This document shows positions 29,851-38,593 of a stretch of 64,000 bases of DNA, one piece after another; within the stretch, counting starts at the first letter, position 1; every line of letters starts with the position of its first letter. The notes under the pieces were generated by a model, which did not search any database, was not told the origin of the DNA, and saw only the letters and a list, made by a program, of their open reading frames with translations. Source of the DNA: Gemmatimonas sp. (GTDB taxonomy: Bacteria > Gemmatimonadota > Gemmatimonadetes > Gemmatimonadales > Gemmatimonadaceae); the NCBI GenBank assembly GCA_031414535.1, contig JANNVQ010000054.1:32001-96000 (forward strand), given 5' to 3'. The translations under genes were made by a program, and so were the position numbers.

Positions 29851-31137
29851 ATGCCCGAATCTCCATCGCAATACCAAGTGGTAGTCATCGGCGCCGGTGC
29901 GGCGGGCACGATGGCAGCCATCTTCGCTGCGAGCGCGGGAGCAGGCACGCTGTTGATTGAAGGCACCAAGGATGGTGGCCGCAAGATCCTCATCAGTGGT
30001 GGCGGGCGCTGCAACGTGCTGCCGCTTGAACTCGACGAGTCCCGATTTGTCACCGACTCGTCGCCCAACACGCTGAGGCGCATTCTCCGCTCTTGGCCGC
30101 TCGCCGAGCAGCGGCGCTTCTTTGAGGAGGACGTGGGCATCCCGCTCTCCGAGGAGCCTGAGCTCAAAAAGGTGTTTCCCACGTCACACCGCGCGCGCGA
30201 TGTGCGCGATGGCTTGCTCACACTCGCCCGCGAGCGCGGCGCGAAGATTCGCTTTGAGACGCGCGTGACCGGCCTCACGCCCATCGAAGGGCGCTGGCGC
30301 ATCGAGCTCAGCAACGGGCTGCCTATTGAAGCCGATACCGTAATTTTGGCTACCGGCGGACTCTCGGTGCCCAACACCGGAAGCGACGGCGTTGGCTTGG
30401 AGATTGCGCGCACGCTCGGGCACACGATGCACGACACCTATGCGGCGCTCACACCACTCACCGACGGCAGCGCGCATTTCTCATCATTGGCCGGCATCTC
30501 GCTCCCGGTCACACTGACGGCCCGCGGCGCGGACCGTCGGGCGAGCCACCACGGTGGCTTCCTCTTCACGCATCAGGGTTACAGCGGTCCTGCCGCGCTG
30601 AATGTGTCGCACGTCGCGGTACGGACGCGGCAGGAGAACGCTCCGCGCGCTACCGTGCAGGTGCAGTGGACCCCACTCGGCGAAGCAGATTGGGAAACTG
30701 CCCTCAAGCCTCAAGGCACACGCACCGTACTCGCCGCGGTGCGCGCACACATGCCAGACCGACTCGCCCTGCACCTTTTGGGAGATGCCAACGTCGACTC
30801 GGCGCGCCTGCTCTCGGAGCTTCGTCGCGACGAACGCATCCGGTTGATTGATACGCTCGTACGTGGCGCCCTGCCGTGGACAGGCGACGAAGGCTACAAG
30901 AAGGCCGAAGTCATGGGCGGCGGCGTGTCGCTCGCAGACATTGACTCGCGGACGATGGAGAGCCGCAAGCATCCGGGGCTTTACCTCTGCGGCGAGATCC
31001 TCGACGCCTTTGGACCCATCGGTGGTTACAACTTCTTTTGGTCTTGGGCCACCGGACGTGCTGCGGGGGCTGCGGCAGCTGGCGCCGCGACGGCAGGCCC
31101 AGTGGCGGCTCGCACCGACGAGCCCGGTAAGCGATAG
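29851..31137 (+). CDS. HI0933/BaiN-family flavoprotein
   Basis: GAGAAG, GRKILISGGGRCN, LATGG, LFTHQGYSGP, GEILDAFGPIGGYN. Confidence 0.9.
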   Translation: MPESPSQYQVVVIGAGAAGTMAAIFAASAGAGTLLIEGTKDGGRKILISGGGRCNVLPLELDESRFVTDSSPNTLRRILRSWPLAEQRRFFEEDVGIPLSEEPELKKVFPTSHRARDVRDGLLTLARERGAKIRFETRVTGLTPIEGRWRIELSNGLPIEADTVILATGGLSVPNTGSDGVGLEIARTLGHTMHDTYAALTPLTDGSAHFSSLAGISLPVTLTARGADRRASHHGGFLFTHQGYSGPAALNVSHVAVRTRQENAPRATVQVQWTPLGEADWETALKPQGTRTVLAAVRAHMPDRLALHLLGDANVDSARLLSELRRDERIRLIDTLVRGALPWTGDEGYKKAEVMGGGVSLADIDSRTMESRKHPGLYLCGEILDAFGPIGGYNFFWSWATGRAAGAAAAGAATAGPVAARTDEPGKR

Positions 31138-31640
31138 ATCGACACTACCGTTTCGTCGAAATCGAGACGCTTGGCGCCGTTGGGCAGCGAATGCGCGCGC
31201 TGATGCTCGCACACGAGAATGGCGGAGAAGCGCTTCTCGAACCAAGCGTTAATCACGTGGTCGAGCATCTTGCTGCCGTAGGGCGGGTCTACGAATACCA
31301 GATCGTAGGATCCTTCATCGAGCGCGGCAGCAAAGGGAATGGCGTCTTTCTTAAAGACGCGCGTACGCTCCTTCATCCGCAGGGCCGCGATGTTCGCTTT
31401 CAGCGCATGCAGGCTGGCCGGTCGCGTCTCCACGAAATCGCAGCGCTTGGCGCCGCGCGAGAGCGCTTCGAGACCCAATGCCCCTGTGCCGGCAAACAAA
31501 TCGAGACAGCTCGCGCCGTCCAAATCCCGCGCCAGATTGTCCAAGGTTCCCGCGCGGACGTGCTCCGCCGTGGGCCGCACTCGAAAATCGGCCGGAGACG
31601 TGAGGTCCCGCCCTTTGAACTTTCCACCGACAATGCGCAT
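31026..31640 (-). CDS. rsmD: 16S rRNA m2G966 methyltransferase
   Basis: MRIVGG, RPT, LDLFAGTGALGLEALSRGA, DPPY. Confidence 0.9.
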   Translation of the reverse strand: MRIVGGKFKGRDLTSPADFRVRPTAEHVRAGTLDNLARDLDGASCLDLFAGTGALGLEALSRGAKRCDFVETRPASLHALKANIAALRMKERTRVFKKDAIPFAAALDEGSYDLVFVDPPYGSKMLDHVINAWFEKRFSAILVCEHQRAHSLPNGAKRLDFDETVVSIYRLPGSSVRAATGPAVAAPAAAAPAARPVAQDQKKL

Positions 31641-31642
31641 CC

Positions 31643-32083
31643 ATGAGAATACACTCCGTTGCCCTCTTCGCGCTCCTGCTCGGCGCCGCGGCTTTGGTAT
31701 GGCTCACGCTGGCCCTACGACGCTGGTGGAAGGCCCGCCTTCTACATACGCGCATGGACACCGCCTCCCAGGGCGAAGCGCGCGCTGAGGCTTGGCTGGA
31801 GGCCCAAGGCTACCGCATCCTCGAGCGGCAGGTCAGCCGTCGCTGCCAGATGCACATCAATGGGCGGGTGGCTGAGTTCGACGTGAGGGCCGACCTGCTC
31901 GTGCAGATGGGCCAGGAGAGCGTGGTGGTCGAGGTCAAAACCGGGGAAGCCGCCGACCCCCGCCTGCCTGCCACGAGGCGTCAGCTCCGCGAGTATTGCG
32001 AGGTCTTTGGGGTGGACCAGATCTACCTCTTCGACGCCAACGTCAGCCGCCTCCACAAGGTGGAGTTTTCCGCCACCGAGTAG
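31643..32083 (+). CDS. Membrane-anchored PD-(D/E)XK nuclease-fold protein (YraN-like)
   Basis: N-terminal TM; GEARAEAWLEAQGYRIL; RADLL...VEVKTG. Confidence 0.65.
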   Translation: MRIHSVALFALLLGAAALVWLTLALRRWWKARLLHTRMDTASQGEARAEAWLEAQGYRILERQVSRRCQMHINGRVAEFDVRADLLVQMGQESVVVEVKTGEAADPRLPATRRQLREYCEVFGVDQIYLFDANVSRLHKVEFSATE

Positions 32084-32108
32084 GCTAAAAGCCGATATAT
32101 TTCAGGTC

Positions 32109-33278
32109 GTGCCCCCCAAGTCGCCCATCTACCTCGACCACGCTGCCACCACCCCGGTTCGCCCGGAGGTGATGGAGGCGATGATTCCCTTTTTCGGTCC
32201 GCGGTTCGGGAATCCGTCGTCCACGCATCGTTGGGGTCGTGAAGCGCGCGCCGCGCTGGATGAAGCCCGCGAACGCGTGGCCCGCTGCTTCAACGCGGCG
32301 CCGGACGAGATATGCTTCACTTCCGGTGGCACCGAAGGCGACAACCTCGCCGTGCTCGGCGGCTGGCGCATTCTCAAGGAGCAGGGCAAGAAGGCCGTTG
32401 TCACGAGCCCGATTGAACACAAAGCCGTGTTGCAGGCCGTGCACCAGGCCGCCAAGGAAGGCGCTGAGGAGCGCATGCTCTCCGTCCAGCGCAACGGCAT
32501 GGTGGATATGACCGACGCGCGCTCAAAGATCACGAGCGGCGACACGGCCCTCGTCTCCGTCATGTGGGTCAACAACGAGACGGGCGTCATTCAGCCTATT
32601 GAAGCGCTCGCGGCCTTGACCAAGGCGGCTGGCGCGGTCTTCCACACGGATGCCGTGCAGGCCTTTGGCAAAGTCGAAGTGAACGCCAAGACTGTGCCAT
32701 TTGATTTTGTGGCTCTGAGCGGTCACAAGCTTGGTGCGCCCAAAGGAATCGGCGCATTCTTCATTCGCCGCGGCACGCCGCTGGAGCCGCTGTTCTTTGG
32801 CGGCACGCAGGATCGCGGCCGTCGGCCTGGCACCGAGAACGTCGCAGCAGCTGTTGGGCTCGCCCGAGCGATGGAGCTCGCGCTCGAGGAACGTGAATCG
32901 CACTGGACCATGCTTGCGGCCATGCGGGATCAGCTCGAGGCGCGGCTTCTGGAGCGCATCCCTGACGCGGTGATTCACGGCCGTGACGCGAAGCGTGCGC
33001 CGCACGTGCTGAATATCTCCGTGCCGGGAACGGACTCGGAATCAATGCTCATGGCGCTCGACCTGCAGGGCGTCGCGGCGTCGAGTGGGTCGGCCTGTCA
33101 GAGTGGAAGCGTGGCGCCTTCGCACGTGCTGGCCGCGATGGGCGTGCGCGCGGACATCGCGAATGCCGCGATTCGGATGTCGTTCGGTGCGCTGAGTACG
33201 CCGGACGATGTGGACCGCGTGGCGGAGCTGTTCCCGGCCTTGATTGCCAAGGCGCGCGGGTTGAGCGGGGTCGCGTGA
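32109..33278 (+). CDS. iscS: Cysteine desulfurase (IscS/NifS family)
   Basis: YLDHAATTP, GNPSS, FTSGGTE, HTDAVQ, SGHK, SSGSACQSG. Confidence 0.92.
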   Translation: MPPKSPIYLDHAATTPVRPEVMEAMIPFFGPRFGNPSSTHRWGREARAALDEARERVARCFNAAPDEICFTSGGTEGDNLAVLGGWRILKEQGKKAVVTSPIEHKAVLQAVHQAAKEGAEERMLSVQRNGMVDMTDARSKITSGDTALVSVMWVNNETGVIQPIEALAALTKAAGAVFHTDAVQAFGKVEVNAKTVPFDFVALSGHKLGAPKGIGAFFIRRGTPLEPLFFGGTQDRGRRPGTENVAAAVGLARAMELALEERESHWTMLAAMRDQLEARLLERIPDAVIHGRDAKRAPHVLNISVPGTDSESMLMALDLQGVAASSGSACQSGSVAPSHVLAAMGVRADIANAAIRMSFGALSTPDDVDRVAELFPALIAKARGLSGVA

Positions 33279-33288
33279 CGTCACACTA

Positions 33289-33317
33289 TTGACAACGACG
33301 AAACTGTACCTTAGCCT
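33289..33317 (+). promoter_or_regulatory. Sigma70-type promoter for the rtcB leader
   Basis: TTGACA (33289-94), 17 nt, TAGCCT (33312-17). Confidence 0.75.
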
Positions 33318-33420
33318 TCCCTTCGCTTGGGAGTCGCGTCCCGCACGAACGGTTGTCCCCTGTGGACTTCCTGCCGTCACTGACGCGACTCCTTTTTCTT
33401 TGCCCCTCAGGTATCCGACC

Positions 33421-33570
33421 ATGACTGTCCAACGCCAATTCCGCCGCGCAGCTCTCGCGAGCCCGATGATTGACATCATCGGACGCTTGGACGCGCGCGC
33501 GTTTGCGCCAGTCAATCTCACTCCGAAGACCAACACCGCAGGCGACAGAGGAATCCGCGAGCAGACCTAA
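33421..33570 (+). CDS. Putative leader peptide (49 aa) of an rtcB attenuator
   Basis: MTVQRQFRRAALASPMIDIIGRLDARAFAPVNLTPKTNTAGDRGIREQT*, preceded by caggt; lies between promoter and terminator. Confidence 0.5.
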   Translation: MTVQRQFRRAALASPMIDIIGRLDARAFAPVNLTPKTNTAGDRGIREQT

Positions 33571-33600
33571 TGCTCAAGGCCCTCTTGGGTTAGCACCACC

Positions 33601-33640
33601 ACCCCGCCTGCGCTTCCCGAGCCAGGCGGGGTTTCTGTTT
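33601..33640 (+). terminator. Intrinsic terminator (attenuator) upstream of rtcB
   Basis: ccccgcctg (33602-10) / caggcgggg (33623-31) stem followed by tttctgttt. Confidence 0.75.
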
Positions 33641-33819
33641 CCTGGCAATACAAGACGGCGTTGCGGATCTCCTCGCAGCGAATGAACGGGTGAAAGGCAC
33701 GCGACTCCCAACACTCGGCTCATTCACCACAGCGTCGGCAACTCCCTCGGGGCGCTCGCGGCGCGCTCGGCCTCGCCTCGAGGGAGAGGCATTCACATTT
33801 CTGAAGTGAGCAGTGACCA

Positions 33820-35031
33820 ATGAAAATCTTTGGACAGCACGACGAAAAGACCCTGATCCAGTTCGAATCCGTGCGCGAACGTGCAGTGGACGCCGCCCTC
33901 ATGGCCGACGGTCACGTGGGCTATGTCATGCCGATTGGTGGCGTGGCGGCGTATCGCAACCAGGTATCGGTGGTGGGCGTCGGCTTCGACATCGCCTGCG
34001 GAAACGCCGCGATTCGCACAGACCTCACGCTGCAGTCGCTGGGTGGCACGGCGGAAGCGCAGCACGTGGCCCTGCTTTCGTTCGCCGACGAGATTGCGGA
34101 TGTGGTGAGCTTCGGCGTCGGCCGGAAGAATCGCGCCGACGATGCGCCCGTGGACCATGAGCTCTTTGCTGCGAGCGAGTGGGATGCGGTCCCAGCGTCG
34201 CACCGCGAGGCGCTGCGGAACAAGGCGCGTATCCAGCTCGGCACCGTGGGAAGCGGCAACCACTATGTGGACGTGTTCGAGGACGAAACCGGTCACCTCT
34301 GGGTCGGCGTGCACTTCGGCAGCCGTGGCTTTGGGCACACCGTGGCCTCAGGGTTCCTCGCGCTCAGCCAGGGCGAGGCCTGGGATACCCGCGTGCGGGA
34401 GATCGAAGTGCTTTTGGATCTCGCCGAGCCCACGGGACACGACTACTGGCACCTGATGTCTCTCGCCGGCCGCTACGCTTACGCGGGCCGTGAGTGGGTG
34501 GCTCGGAAAGTGGTCAGCATCATCGGCGGCACGGAACTGGAGCTCGTACATAACCATCACAACTTCGCGTGGAAGGAAGAACACCACGGCGAGGAACTCG
34601 TGGTGATTCGGAAGGGTGCCACGCCGGCCTTTCCGGGGCAGCTGGGCTTCATTGGCGGATCGATGGGCGATGACGCCGTGATTGTGCGCGGTACCGCAAG
34701 CACCGCCTCGCAGGTGCAAGAGACTCAGCGCGACGCGCTCTACTCCACCGTCCATGGTGCGGGCCGTGTAATGTCACGCACGCGGGCTGCCGGTGGCCGC
34801 AAGGGCAAGCAGCGATTTCGGGGCGAGATTTCCGAAGGCATGATGGAGAAGTGGGTGCGGGAGAAGGGCGTGATCCTCCGTGGCGGCGGTGTGGACGAGA
34901 GTCCGCATGTGTACCGCCGGCTCCCGGACGTACTCGCCGCGCAGGGCGAGACGGTAGAAGTCCTGCACACCCTGCGGCCGCTGGTGGTCGTGATGGCGGG
35001 CGCCAACGAGTTTGACCCGTACAAGGACTGA
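33820..35031 (+). CDS. rtcB: RtcB-family RNA ligase
   Basis: ADGHVGYVMPIG, GFDIACG, GSGNHY, HFGSRG, HNHHN, RKGATP, HGAGR, DESPHVYR. Confidence 0.93.
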   Translation: MKIFGQHDEKTLIQFESVRERAVDAALMADGHVGYVMPIGGVAAYRNQVSVVGVGFDIACGNAAIRTDLTLQSLGGTAEAQHVALLSFADEIADVVSFGVGRKNRADDAPVDHELFAASEWDAVPASHREALRNKARIQLGTVGSGNHYVDVFEDETGHLWVGVHFGSRGFGHTVASGFLALSQGEAWDTRVREIEVLLDLAEPTGHDYWHLMSLAGRYAYAGREWVARKVVSIIGGTELELVHNHHNFAWKEEHHGEELVVIRKGATPAFPGQLGFIGGSMGDDAVIVRGTASTASQVQETQRDALYSTVHGAGRVMSRTRAAGGRKGKQRFRGEISEGMMEKWVREKGVILRGGGVDESPHVYRRLPDVLAAQGETVEVLHTLRPLVVVMAGANEFDPYKD

Positions 35032-35052
35032 CTCGCTCGGTATATTCCATCT

Positions 35053-36168
35053 GTGTCCTCACCGGCCAAGAACACCCGCCCCCGAGTCCTCGCCGCCATG
35101 TCTGGCGGCGTGGACTCTTCGGTTGCCGCCGCACTCCTTGTGCGGGAAGGCTACGACGTCGTGGGCGTCACCATGAAGCTGTTCAAGGATGGCGGCGACC
35201 TTCCCGACCGCCCCTGCTGTTCGCTCGATTCCGTGAACGATGCGCGGCGCGTCTGCGAGTCCTTGGGCATTCCGCACTACGTGTTGAATCTCCAGGACGC
35301 GTTCGGTCGCGACGTCGTCAGTGATTTCGTGGCGGAGTATGCGGCAGGTCGCACGCCCATTCCTTGCGTGCGCTGCAACACCTTCACCAAGTTCCGAGAC
35401 CTGCTCGCCAAGGCCGACGCCATTGATGCGCCGTGGATTGCTACAGGCCATTACGCGCGCGTGGCCGACGGCCGTCTGCAGCGCGGCGTGGATGACAACA
35501 AAGACCAGACATACTTCCTCTGGGGCATCGAGCGTGAGGTACTCTCGCGCATGATTCTGCCCGTGGGCGGTCTGACCAAGCCGGAAACACGTGCCGTTGC
35601 TCGCGAACTCGGCCTCCTCACTGCCGAGAAGCCCGAGAGCCACGAGATTTGCTTTGTCCCCGATGGTGATTATGTGAAGGTCCTCGAGCGCGAACTCCCG
35701 CCTGATGCGCCTGCGCTTACGCCTGGACCCATTGTCACGATGGATGGGACAGTGGTCGGCACGCACGAAGGTTTCGCGCGCTTCACCATTGGCCAGCGCC
35801 GTCGGCTGCCCGGTGGCTCGAGCGAGCCAATGTTCGTGGTCGCCTTGCGCCCCGAAGATCGGGCCGTGGTGATTGGGCCGCGGGAGGCCCTGCTCGGACG
35901 CGGCCTCGTCGCCAACGAGGCGAACTGGCTCGTGGACCGCATCCCCGACGAGGGCAGCACGGTGCTGGTCCGCATTCGTCATCGCGCGACACCGGTGGCG
36001 GCCACGCTTCTGCTTGCAACGCCTGAGCGATTCGAAGTCCTGTTGCACGAACCCGCGTACGCGATCGCACCTGGCCAGAGCGTTGTGCTCTATGATGCCG
36101 ATGCGATTGTACTCGGCGGCGGCATCATCAGCGCCAGCCGTCGGGTATTGCCGGTTCGCGCGGCCTGA
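35053..36168 (+). CDS. mnmA: tRNA 2-thiouridylase
   Basis: AMSGGVDSSV, TPIPCVRCN, ATGHYA, KDQTYFL, ESHEICF, FTIGQR, APGQ. Confidence 0.95.
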   Translation: MSSPAKNTRPRVLAAMSGGVDSSVAAALLVREGYDVVGVTMKLFKDGGDLPDRPCCSLDSVNDARRVCESLGIPHYVLNLQDAFGRDVVSDFVAEYAAGRTPIPCVRCNTFTKFRDLLAKADAIDAPWIATGHYARVADGRLQRGVDDNKDQTYFLWGIEREVLSRMILPVGGLTKPETRAVARELGLLTAEKPESHEICFVPDGDYVKVLERELPPDAPALTPGPIVTMDGTVVGTHEGFARFTIGQRRRLPGGSSEPMFVVALRPEDRAVVIGPREALLGRGLVANEANWLVDRIPDEGSTVLVRIRHRATPVAATLLLATPERFEVLLHEPAYAIAPGQSVVLYDADAIVLGGGIISASRRVLPVRAA

Positions 36169-36324
36169 CCGTCTCACCGAGCTGGCCGACGCCGAGCTTG
36201 CCGAAGTACTCAAGCGAATCCGCCCGCCCCGCTAAGCTCTAACCCCACACAGGGGAACGCGATCACACTGGCCGCGATTCTTAGCCAGAGTCTACCTTAA
36301 AAAACATCTCGCTCAGGAGTTCCG

Positions 36325-36747
36325 ATGATCATTCGTAAGTCTTCCGCCAAGTGGGCCGGCGAACTCAAGACCGGCACCGGCCATGTCCGACTCGGCAGCG
36401 GCGCCTTCGAAGGCAAGTATTCGTTTACGACGCGATTTGAGGGCGCGCCAGGCACGAATCCCGAAGAGTTGCTCGCCGCCGCTCACGCCGGCTGCTACTC
36501 AATGGCCTTCAACCTGATGATGTCCATGGCCGGCTTCACCGCCGAGTACGTAGACACCACGGTCGAGGTGCAGATGGATAAGGTGGGCCCGGGCATGGGC
36601 ATCATCGGTGCGAGAATTATCACCGCAGCCAAGGTGCCGGGCATCACAGCGGAGAAGTTCCAAGAGATTGCCGAGAACGCCAAGCAGAACTGCATCATCT
36701 CCAAGGCATTGAATGTGCCGATGACGCTGGACGCGACGCTGGCCTAA
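36325..36747 (+). CDS. osmC: OsmC-family peroxiredoxin
   Basis: GTNPEELLAAAHAGC, AKQNCIISKAL. Confidence 0.92.
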   Translation: MIIRKSSAKWAGELKTGTGHVRLGSGAFEGKYSFTTRFEGAPGTNPEELLAAAHAGCYSMAFNLMMSMAGFTAEYVDTTVEVQMDKVGPGMGIIGARIITAAKVPGITAEKFQEIAENAKQNCIISKALNVPMTLDATLA

Positions 36748-36879
36748 GCGCGGTTCAGGGCGCAGAATAACTCGCAAAGCGACTTACCCTCGCCACGCAT
36801 CGAATTCTGCGCCATACTTTCCCCACCCCTACCTTGGCCCTCCCTCCTCTCCCACCCGGCTCCGCCGATGGAGATCACG

Positions 36880-37440
36880 ATGTCCAACAGCATTCGCACC
36901 GCGCTCGCCGCCGTGGGCTTCGTCCTCGCTGCCGCCGAGCTCCACGCTCAGGCCGCCGCCACAATCCCCGAAGCGGACCGCCCTCGCTACATCCGCGTGT
37001 ACGCAAAGGACTACGCGTTCGACGCCCCCGCGACCTCGTTTGCAGGCGTCGCCACTATTCACCTGATTAATCAGGGCTCGGACCTCCATCACCTGACGGT
37101 TCAGGAACTGCCTGAGGGGCGTACGGTGCGAGAGTACTTGGATGCGGTGCAACGCACGGGGCTTCCGCCGGCGTGGAGCAAGAGCATCGGGCAAACGGCC
37201 ATGATCCCAAACGGAGGCGAGGCCTTCATTGCATTCCGCATGCCTCCTGGTCGCTATGTGCTCTCCTGCGTCATTCCCGCCGCCGACGGCCGTTCGCACG
37301 TGGCCAAAGGGATGTATCAGTTGATCACCGCGACACGAGCGCCCGCGCCGGCAGCAACGCCTCGCACCGCGCCGGCCCCTAACTCGCCCGCCGCGGCCCG
37401 TCCCACAGCCACGCCGCGCCCAGCGACACCGCGGCCCTAG
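36880..37440 (+). CDS. Exported cupredoxin-like protein
   Basis: Signal peptide; H-x motif LHHL; PGRYVLSCVIP...HVAKGM (C/H/M ligand pattern); Pro/Ala tail. Confidence 0.65.
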   Translation: MSNSIRTALAAVGFVLAAAELHAQAAATIPEADRPRYIRVYAKDYAFDAPATSFAGVATIHLINQGSDLHHLTVQELPEGRTVREYLDAVQRTGLPPAWSKSIGQTAMIPNGGEAFIAFRMPPGRYVLSCVIPAADGRSHVAKGMYQLITATRAPAPAATPRTAPAPNSPAAARPTATPRPATPRP

Positions 37441-37478
37441 CCCTCGAGTGTTGGCGTGCTTGCGCTGACCTCCGGCAA

Positions 37479-38153
37479 ATGAGATTCCTCAGCTGGATTT
37501 ATGACGCACTTGCCGTCATTGGGGCATCGGCTATTGGGCTGTTGATTGTTGCCGTCGCTGCGGACTTTGCTCAGCAGTGGTATTGGAGAACATTCCGCGA
37601 AGATCGAGGCGCTTCAGTTTCGGTCGCGCAGACTACGCCAGCAGCGACACGATCTGCTCGGACTTCATCAGCGGTGAGCCCACCTGCGGCAACCGCACCC
37701 GTGGCGACTCCCGTGGAGTCAACTCCACCCGCGGCGACTCCCGTTGCGACGAAGCCCGAGCTTCCGCCGTCTTCTGGGGTGCCGTGGGGACTGGAGGTCG
37801 CAGAACCAAACGGGCGCATTCTGTCCCCAGATCTCCGGCTGAGAATCACCGTGGAGGGACGTACGCAACCGGGTTCCAGCAACGCTTGGGTCGAGACTCA
37901 CTCCCGGAATCTCTACCTGCTCGTTTCGCAGGACTCCACTTTGCTTTCGCGACCGCCGCGCGGCACACGGTGGGCCCTGCGGCTCACTGGCAATCGTAGT
38001 ACTGGCATTCTCACGTATAGGCGAGCAGACGGTGAACGGTTTGCGTACGTTCGTTTGTGTCGCTTCCCGGATGATCACAACCGTTACGTGACGACGCTGC
38101 CGAGCATCTCGGCGGATTCCGCACGCATCGAGCGGAGAGTACAGTGCCACTAG
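37479..38153 (+). CDS. Hypothetical membrane-anchored protein
   Basis: N-terminal TM, Pro/Ala/Thr linker, globular C-terminus; overlaps the next gene. Confidence 0.55.
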   Translation: MRFLSWIYDALAVIGASAIGLLIVAVAADFAQQWYWRTFREDRGASVSVAQTTPAATRSARTSSAVSPPAATAPVATPVESTPPAATPVATKPELPPSSGVPWGLEVAEPNGRILSPDLRLRITVEGRTQPGSSNAWVETHSRNLYLLVSQDSTLLSRPPRGTRWALRLTGNRSTGILTYRRADGERFAYVRLCRFPDDHNRYVTTLPSISADSARIERRVQCH

Positions 38154-38563
38154 CCAAGTTCATCGCCGCCCTGGTCGGCTTGTTGGTCGTGCTCAGTATG
38201 ATCGTGCGCCCCGCTCCGAACACACGCGAGAAGATTTATTTCGCCGCGATGAAGGGAGACCTGCGCAATCTGATCACCGCCCAAGAAGCGTTCTTCTCTG
38301 ACAGCGCGCGCTATGCAATCTCGCTCCAAGAGCTTGGTGACTCCACCCGCTTCTGGACAACGCCGGGAGTGACGGTGTCCATCACAGAAGCCACCGACCG
38401 CCTTTTTAGGGCGCGCGCGCGGCATTCCGATCTCACCCCGCCTGGTGGATGCGAAATCGCCGCTGGCTTTGAGAAGGAGATGGGAGACATTCCCGACAAC
38501 GGAGAGCCCATCTGCAAACCCGATCGGAAGCGGAGAAGCTGGATCTTCGTCTGGGAGCTGTGA
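38144..38563 (+). CDS. Type IV pilin-like protein without prepilin motif
   Basis: TM then NTREKIYFAAMKGDLRNLITAQEAFFSD; two C-terminal Cys. Confidence 0.65.
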   Translation: MPLAKFIAALVGLLVVLSMIVRPAPNTREKIYFAAMKGDLRNLITAQEAFFSDSARYAISLQELGDSTRFWTTPGVTVSITEATDRLFRARARHSDLTPPGGCEIAAGFEKEMGDIPDNGEPICKPDRKRRSWIFVWEL

Positions 38564-38593
38564 CTTGTTGAGCACACTCATCCCAGTGCTATA

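Noticed and set aside
33289..33420. 93-aa ORF starting at TTG 33289
   Set aside because: That TTG is the -35 box TTGACA; the plausible start is ATG 33421.
38571..38590. agcac-N10-gtgct inverted repeat near dnaJ as a CIRCE element
   Set aside because: Spacing and flanks do not fit TTAGCACTC-N9-GAGTGCTAA, and it lies downstream of dnaJ.
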